This document shows positions 46,996 to 51,502 of a stretch of DNA of 51,502 bases, piece by piece. The notes under the pieces are model-generated. The model was given only the letters and a program-made list of their open reading frames with translations. It made no database searches and was not told the DNA's origin. The stretch lies in IMG/VR virus record IMGVR_UViG_3300042991_000788, positions 1 through 51,502 of that record, one strand, 5' to 3'. Origin of the DNA: a virus (lineage: Duplodnaviria > Caudoviricetes). How positions within the stretch are numbered: position 1 is the stretch's first letter; each line of letters starts with the position of its first letter. Both the position numbers and the translations under genes were made by a program.

Positions 46996-47018
46996 CTGTG
47001 TTTACTTAGTAAACATAG
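46996..47018. promoter_or_regulatory. 23-bp palindrome family, copy 18 (overlaps stop of ParB-MTase gene)
   Basis: CTGTGTTTA CTTAG TAAACATAG. Confidence 0.88.
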
Positions 47019-48339
47019 ACCGACAAGTTTGGGTGTACTGGTTGTAGTAATATTCAGATAACTCAAATCCGATAGGGTACATCTCTAACAACTGTGCAGC
47101 AATTAAAGTCATACCACTACCTGCAAAGGGAACTAATACTCTTGACTTTGGAAGTGCAAATGTACTTAAGATTCTACTCATGAGTGTAAGTGGTTTTTCA
47201 TAGGGATGAATCTTTCTTTCCCGTGAAAGTGGAGCATGGGTAAAGATATCATCTTGTGGTTTGGTTAATTTAGGACTTCCTTTCTTAAAGTAAAAGAAGG
47301 GTTCTTTAGTATGATTTAGAGTGACATCTGGATTATTAGTATGCCCTCTCTTTTCTCCTTTGTACCAAAGTCCGTGGTAATAAGATGTACGAAATCCTGC
47401 TTGCTTACTCCAATCTTGAAGAGCTTGAAAGTATTCATAACCGAACCAGATTATAATCCAACTGTCTGCTGCAGCAACTCTATAACATTCAGCTAAGGTC
47501 TTTTGCATGAAGAGAGGGAAATCTGTTTTACTGATAGAGGTATAGTTATTAATTTTTTTGTCTAAATTAGCTCGCTTTGCTTGGTCTGTTTCCTCTATAG
47601 GATAATCAATATCTAAGTCTATGAGATTAATAGATCCATCAGGAATATCTTTGACAAGGGTGAAGAAGTCTCCTAAGAGATAATTGTTTAAAAGACTTTC
47701 ACAGGTTTTACTTTTCTCTCCAGGGGAAGTTTGATACTGTTCTGCTGCAATATCAAGTTTTGCAGTTCTCTTTGCAAGGGATATAGCTCTATGAATCTCA
47801 GCGCGAGTTTTTAATTGAGCAAGGTCTGGTAGTTCTTCTAACCAACCGGCTATCTCCAGATCCTGACTTACTTTACTTGTACTTATACCCAGCATACGTG
47901 CAGTATCTGCAGCACTATGTCCGACTGCCTTTGGACTTGTGGATGTTTTTTCTCCAAACTCAGCAATCCATAGGTCATGTAAAGTTTTTTGTGCTCTTAA
48001 TCTTTCTACGTCAGCCATGTCTTTACGTTTAAGGTTTTCTTCAAGTTCAATTGATCTGAACTCAAAAGGAGTAAGGTCACTTTTATAAATACGAACAGAG
48101 ATAACTGTTTTTTCAAGGGTAATCATAGCAGCTAAACGTCTACTACCGGCTATTAATTTGTACTTACCTTCCTCTTCAGTCTTCATTACTGCGATAGGGT
48201 GGATTAAACCTTTTTCCTTAATGGAAAGAGCTAATTCTGCAATATTACCTTTCTCAGTACGTGCAAGATTGGGGTCTAAAAAGATAGAGTCTATAGGTAT
48301 TTCTTTAAGTTCAATTTTTTGTTCTATTAAGTTACGCAT
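47002..48339 (-). CDS. ParB/Spo0J-like domain + HTH + N4/N6 DNA methyltransferase fusion
   Basis: LALSIKEKGLIHPI, LIAGSRRLAA, ENLKRKD; HTH SAADTARMLGISTSKVSQDL; HPYEKP, VPFAGSG, GFEL; catalytic motif reads DIDY. Confidence 0.88.
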   Translation of the reverse strand: MRNLIEQKIELKEIPIDSIFLDPNLARTEKGNIAELALSIKEKGLIHPIAVMKTEEEGKYKLIAGSRRLAAMITLEKTVISVRIYKSDLTPFEFRSIELEENLKRKDMADVERLRAQKTLHDLWIAEFGEKTSTSPKAVGHSAADTARMLGISTSKVSQDLEIAGWLEELPDLAQLKTRAEIHRAISLAKRTAKLDIAAEQYQTSPGEKSKTCESLLNNYLLGDFFTLVKDIPDGSINLIDLDIDYPIEETDQAKRANLDKKINNYTSISKTDFPLFMQKTLAECYRVAAADSWIIIWFGYEYFQALQDWSKQAGFRTSYYHGLWYKGEKRGHTNNPDVTLNHTKEPFFYFKKGSPKLTKPQDDIFTHAPLSRERKIHPYEKPLTLMSRILSTFALPKSRVLVPFAGSGMTLIAAQLLEMYPIGFELSEYYYNQYTQTCRSMFTK

Positions 48340-48583
48340 TATTCTGTTCCTTTAATAATTTTTCTAGTGTTCTTTTTAGTAGTTTTGGATTAGCTTTAAA
48401 CAACTCTTCTTGTTTCTTACTTAGGGTATAGCTTGTACCTACTCGTTTCTCTTTTGCAGTTCTTATAACATTCGCTCTGTATTTAACAGGAATAGCCCTG
48501 TTCTGTCGGATAACAGATAATAGGGCTATTCCTTGTAAGTTAGAGAGACTGGTTAATGTTTTCTTTAGGCTCTGAAGTTTCAT
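48332..48583 (-). CDS. Small basic hypothetical protein
   Basis: 83 aa, overlaps neighbours. Confidence 0.65.
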   Translation of the reverse strand: MKLQSLKKTLTSLSNLQGIALLSVIRQNRAIPVKYRANVIRTAKEKRVGTSYTLSKKQEELFKANPKLLKRTLEKLLKEQNNA

Positions 48584-48824
48584 CTTTGTCCTTTACTTCT
48601 TTAATCCAGTCCAATAAAGTAACATCACCAGCAATGATACTGGCGATGAAGATACGTCGATCCATAGGCTGAAGATTATCCATTACTTTGATTAGTTGTT
48701 TAGTAAGTGCTTGATATAAAGGAACTTTCACTCTCATAGCTCCGATATACTTATTCAACCTGTCAAATGTTTCCATCTCAAGAGTAACAGCAAATCTACG
48801 CATTGGAATGTCTTGCTTTAACAT
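48540..48824 (-). CDS. Small protein, possible ribbon-helix-helix regulator
   Basis: MRRFAVTLEMETFDRLNKYIG pattern; AGGAG RBS. Confidence 0.6.
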   Translation of the reverse strand: MLKQDIPMRRFAVTLEMETFDRLNKYIGAMRVKVPLYQALTKQLIKVMDNLQPMDRRIFIASIIAGDVTLLDWIKEVKDKDETSEPKENINQSL

Positions 48825-49399
48825 TATTTTTTCTCCTTTGATTGGTTAATCTTTTCATAGATTTTTTTAGTTATTTCAATATCATACATTGCAGTATGGA
48901 GTAAAGATGGGTCTATATTAACTCCTAAATAAGCTGCAACTGTAGGGAGTTTAAAGTCGGGCAAATTAGCCCGTTCATGCTGGAGGTAGTTCATAGCTAA
49001 ATTCATTACATCTACTGGAGGAAACCAGATGTAACTCCCAAAGTACTTATCTCCATTTTTTTCCCACCAAGCCCGTAAAAAATCATAATCAAAACGTGCA
49101 TTGTAAGCGTACATGACAAATTTACTTTTAGAATTATACTTGTCTATGTATTTTTCAAAGGTTTGTTTAATCTTTTTATATGTTTCAGTAGGGCTTGCGA
49201 ATTTAGTTAAATCTATTTCATGGATTCCTCCTATTTGTAAAGCTTTAGGGTCTATTTTATCTGAGGGAAAGATATTTAAATTGTACTTAACTCTTTCTAA
49301 TTCTATGTCTTCTTTATAGATGAGAAATGCAATCTCCCATATTCCATGCTGAGTTGAGGATAGGCCAGTTGTTTCTGTGTCAATAAAAATCTTATACAT
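48824..49399 (-). CDS. DEDDh (DnaQ-like) 3'-5' exonuclease
   Basis: IDTETTG, YNARFD, HTAMYD. Confidence 0.9.
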   Translation of the reverse strand: MYKIFIDTETTGLSSTQHGIWEIAFLIYKEDIELERVKYNLNIFPSDKIDPKALQIGGIHEIDLTKFASPTETYKKIKQTFEKYIDKYNSKSKFVMYAYNARFDYDFLRAWWEKNGDKYFGSYIWFPPVDVMNLAMNYLQHERANLPDFKLPTVAAYLGVNIDPSLLHTAMYDIEITKKIYEKINQSKEKK

Positions 49400-49417
49400 A
49401 GTTTTTCCTTTATATGA

Positions 49418-50179
49418 TTATTTTAATGCCTCCAATTCAGTCTCGAGCTTGGAGATCAATATCGATTTGCTTGATATTTCTTTCTTAAGATTTTGTGTTT
49501 TGCTATCTCGCCATTCGGATACTTTTTGAACATCAAGTTCAATGCCATAAGTCTTTGAGAGGCTTATAATTTCCTGACTTATAGGGTAAGTCTTTACGCT
49601 CTCAATAAATTTAAAAAGGGCATCTTCATAATTAGTAAATGGGGTAAATATTTCTGCATTTCCAGAACCATCATAATACTGATGCAGTCTAAAACATAGA
49701 CTTCCGTCATCTTCTCCAAAAAGAGATAATAATCTCAATTTGGAGGGGTTAAAATCACTCGCCCTAAAAAATTCTTCCCATGTCAATAACATCGGAACAC
49801 TATAATGTTTAATGACTACATGAGTAAAATTTCCTGATAAAAAATTAACGACTTTGACAAAACTTTCTGGGGAAACATTTTTTAAAGCTTTTGCAGCGTA
49901 TTCAATTTTAGCCTTCAAAAGGTTATGTTTTATCAAAAGCTTATCATTTAACTTTTCGTATTCATCGCGTTTATAATCATACATTATTTTCCATTGTTCC
50001 ATTTCTTTCTCACGCCATGAAACAACAGGGCTGTTATGCAAAGAGGTTACAATAAAGTTTTCACCTGATGGAATTTCTTCCCCATCAGAAATTAAAATTT
50101 CTTGGACAATGAATTGTTGGTTATTCAGCTTATCGATAATAGCTACCTTTCTATTGTCCGTTGTGTATTTTGTTTCCAT
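49418..50179 (-). CDS. Hypothetical phage protein (paralog of 621..1379)
   Basis: 253 aa, near-identical core. Confidence 0.85.
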   Translation of the reverse strand: METKYTTDNRKVAIIDKLNNQQFIVQEILISDGEEIPSGENFIVTSLHNSPVVSWREKEMEQWKIMYDYKRDEYEKLNDKLLIKHNLLKAKIEYAAKALKNVSPESFVKVVNFLSGNFTHVVIKHYSVPMLLTWEEFFRASDFNPSKLRLLSLFGEDDGSLCFRLHQYYDGSGNAEIFTPFTNYEDALFKFIESVKTYPISQEIISLSKTYGIELDVQKVSEWRDSKTQNLKKEISSKSILISKLETELEALK

Positions 50180-50219
50180 TCGTAGCTCCTATAAAAATAA
50201 AAATACCCGGTGAATTGAA

Positions 50220-50747
50220 TTATTCTTTTACTCGCTCCTGGCAGGCGTTTAATTTTCTGACATAAGATGCAATCTTTTTTTCCGCATCTTTGATTTGTCG
50301 TTTATACCAACCCACGTTCCACGAATAAGACTTTAATTTATCCTGCTTTATGAATTCGGCTCTTGTATAATCATCTTTTTCGCGTTCTGCGATTAATATC
50401 TCGCAATATCCCATCGCTTCGGCTTCAGTCTCATATGCGTGTTTACCCTCAATTAAATAATTGTTATTAAAAACATATTGAACACTTGTTTCTGTCAAAG
50501 TCGCTTCAAACCTAACACTTTCAATCATAACCCGCTGAACCGATTTCACGTATTCATTCTTGGTAACGTACCCCGTCGGGATGAAATCATTCACGCAATA
50601 AGTACATTCCGGATAAACCTTTTCGTCATTACCCAGAATTACTGTGATTTGTCTTTTCCCATGGCAAACCGGACAAACCTTTGTAACTATGCTTGGTTCA
50701 TATCTTGCTATCCAAACATAGTCGCCAACCATTTTAATCTCTTGCAT
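50220..50747 (-). CDS. Zinc-finger hypothetical protein (paralog of 1420..1947)
   Basis: CPVCHGKR, CTYC. Confidence 0.8.
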   Translation of the reverse strand: MQEIKMVGDYVWIARYEPSIVTKVCPVCHGKRQITVILGNDEKVYPECTYCVNDFIPTGYVTKNEYVKSVQRVMIESVRFEATLTETSVQYVFNNNYLIEGKHAYETEAEAMGYCEILIAEREKDDYTRAEFIKQDKLKSYSWNVGWYKRQIKDAEKKIASYVRKLNACQERVKE

Positions 50748-50882
50748 ATCAGGCTCCTTTTAAAAAAAATACCCGGTGAATTCCACTTGCCTACGTAACC
50801 ACTTGAAACGTACCCGTCAAAACGGGATGGAATCCACCGGGCATTTAACCGGCTTATGATTTTATGGTTATTTTGGCTCCCT

Positions 50883-50911
50883 AATATACAAAATAATCAT
50901 AAAAAAGTCAA
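50883..50911 (-). promoter_or_regulatory. Sigma70-type promoter
   Basis: TTGACT-17 nt-TATATT. Confidence 0.75.
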
Positions 50912-50941
50912 TAAAAATATTCATTTTTTAAAAAGTTTTTT

Positions 50942-51127
50942 TTATTTTAGTTTTTTTACGATTAAATCCATGTCCGGGGTTTTCCCCAATTCGGTTGCAG
51001 CATCGAAAATTACAGCCGCATTTAGCGCCGGATTAAACCCGTTTTTTAAACATAACTTTTTCAACTCTGGCCAGTCAAAACCTTTTGTTTTTAACAGACT
51101 ACTTATTCGTGAATTAAATTCAATCAT
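50942..51127 (-). CDS. Small hypothetical protein (right flank)
   Basis: 61 aa, GGAG RBS, ATGA overlap. Confidence 0.6.
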   Translation of the reverse strand: MIEFNSRISSLLKTKGFDWPELKKLCLKNGFNPALNAAVIFDAATELGKTPDMDLIVKKLK

Positions 51128-51462
51128 TTTGCACTCCCTGCCGCCTCGCGCATAAGGCTTTCAAAGCTATTTTTTTCCGGCAAAACAGAAGCGCCTAAAA
51201 TATCTTTTTTTGTTTTTTCTGGTATTTTTGCCGCAAGATATTCCTGCTTTAAAAATTCCATATCGGGACTTGCTTTTTTTAGTTCCTCTTTGGCAAGGTT
51301 CAAAAATCTAAAATAACTCTGAATGAAGTCCAGCTTTCCCCAGTCGATTCCATCATCGCCGCAGCCGTCACCCCGGTTATCTCGAATAACCCGGTAAACA
51401 TAACTTTTAGAAACGTTTTGTTTCCCAGGTAGAACGGAATTAACCAACTTTGTCAGGTTCAA
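51124..51462 (-). CDS. Hypothetical protein (right flank; start uncertain)
   Basis: 112 aa ORF near window edge. Confidence 0.5.
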   Translation of the reverse strand: MNLTKLVNSVLPGKQNVSKSYVYRVIRDNRGDGCGDDGIDWGKLDFIQSYFRFLNLAKEELKKASPDMEFLKQEYLAAKIPEKTKKDILGASVLPEKNSFESLMREAAGSAK

Positions 51463-51502
51463 ATAGCTGATTTTTTTTCCGCCTGAAACGTTTTTCCAAT
51501 TA

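Larger units (their letters stand above)
1041..49837. mobile_element. Podovirus-type dsDNA phage, one apparently complete circular unit of 48,797 bp
   Basis: Terminase, portal, capsid, adaptor/nozzle and ejection genes, no tape measure or sheath, PolA module; the ends fall in a direct repeat and joining them makes the minus-strand genes one continuous run. Confidence 0.85.
49415..50783. repeat. Right copy of diverged ~1.37 kb direct repeat
   Basis: Matches 618..1982. Confidence 0.95.

Noticed and set aside
2706-47018. Palindromes as LexA boxes, dif sites, attC sites or intrinsic terminators
   Set aside because: CTGT-ACAG spacing is 15 rather than 8; no XerD arm; no GTTRRRY ends or integrase; AT-rich mismatched arms without U tracts
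50856-51155. 99-aa ORF labelled minus in the track
   Set aside because: Its translation (MILWLFWLPN) matches the plus strand from 50856; it is antisense to real minus-strand genes and spans a promoter
1-51502. Alternative genetic code
   Set aside because: Core genes (terL, portal, capsid, PolA) are full length under the standard code and TAG, TGA and TAA all occur as stops

Overview
The window holds an apparently complete ~48.8 kb podovirus-type dsDNA phage genome. It is bracketed by a diverged ~1.37 kb direct repeat (offset 48,797 bp), with short outer flanks that look foreign. Minus strand, left: small early genes, a PD-(D/E)xK nuclease / Sak4-like ATPase / SSB recombination module, one tRNA-Arg and two aberrant tRNA-like RNAs. 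Middle: a repeat-rich non-coding control region (~12.1-13.8 kb). Plus strand: terminase, portal, scaffold, major capsid, adaptor/nozzle and three ejection proteins. Minus strand, right: DEDDh exonuclease, a ParB-HTH-DNA methyltransferase fusion, a UDG-fused family A polymerase and a DUF3987-type ATPase. I recognise no integrase, primase or endolysin. Two systems stand out. (1) Eighteen copies of a 23-bp quasi-palindrome (consensus CTRTGTGTA-YTWAR-TACACAYAG) sit mostly in short intergenic gaps across the whole genome, and one overlaps the stop codon of the ParB-HTH-MTase gene, suggesting a dispersed parS/operator-like system. (2) Between the small and large terminase genes, six proteins, including a tailspike-like and a tail-fibre-like protein, all start with Sec-type signal peptides followed by Gln, i.e. 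apparently exported receptor-binding-type proteins. All function calls come from reading motifs and gene order by eye; no searches were run.
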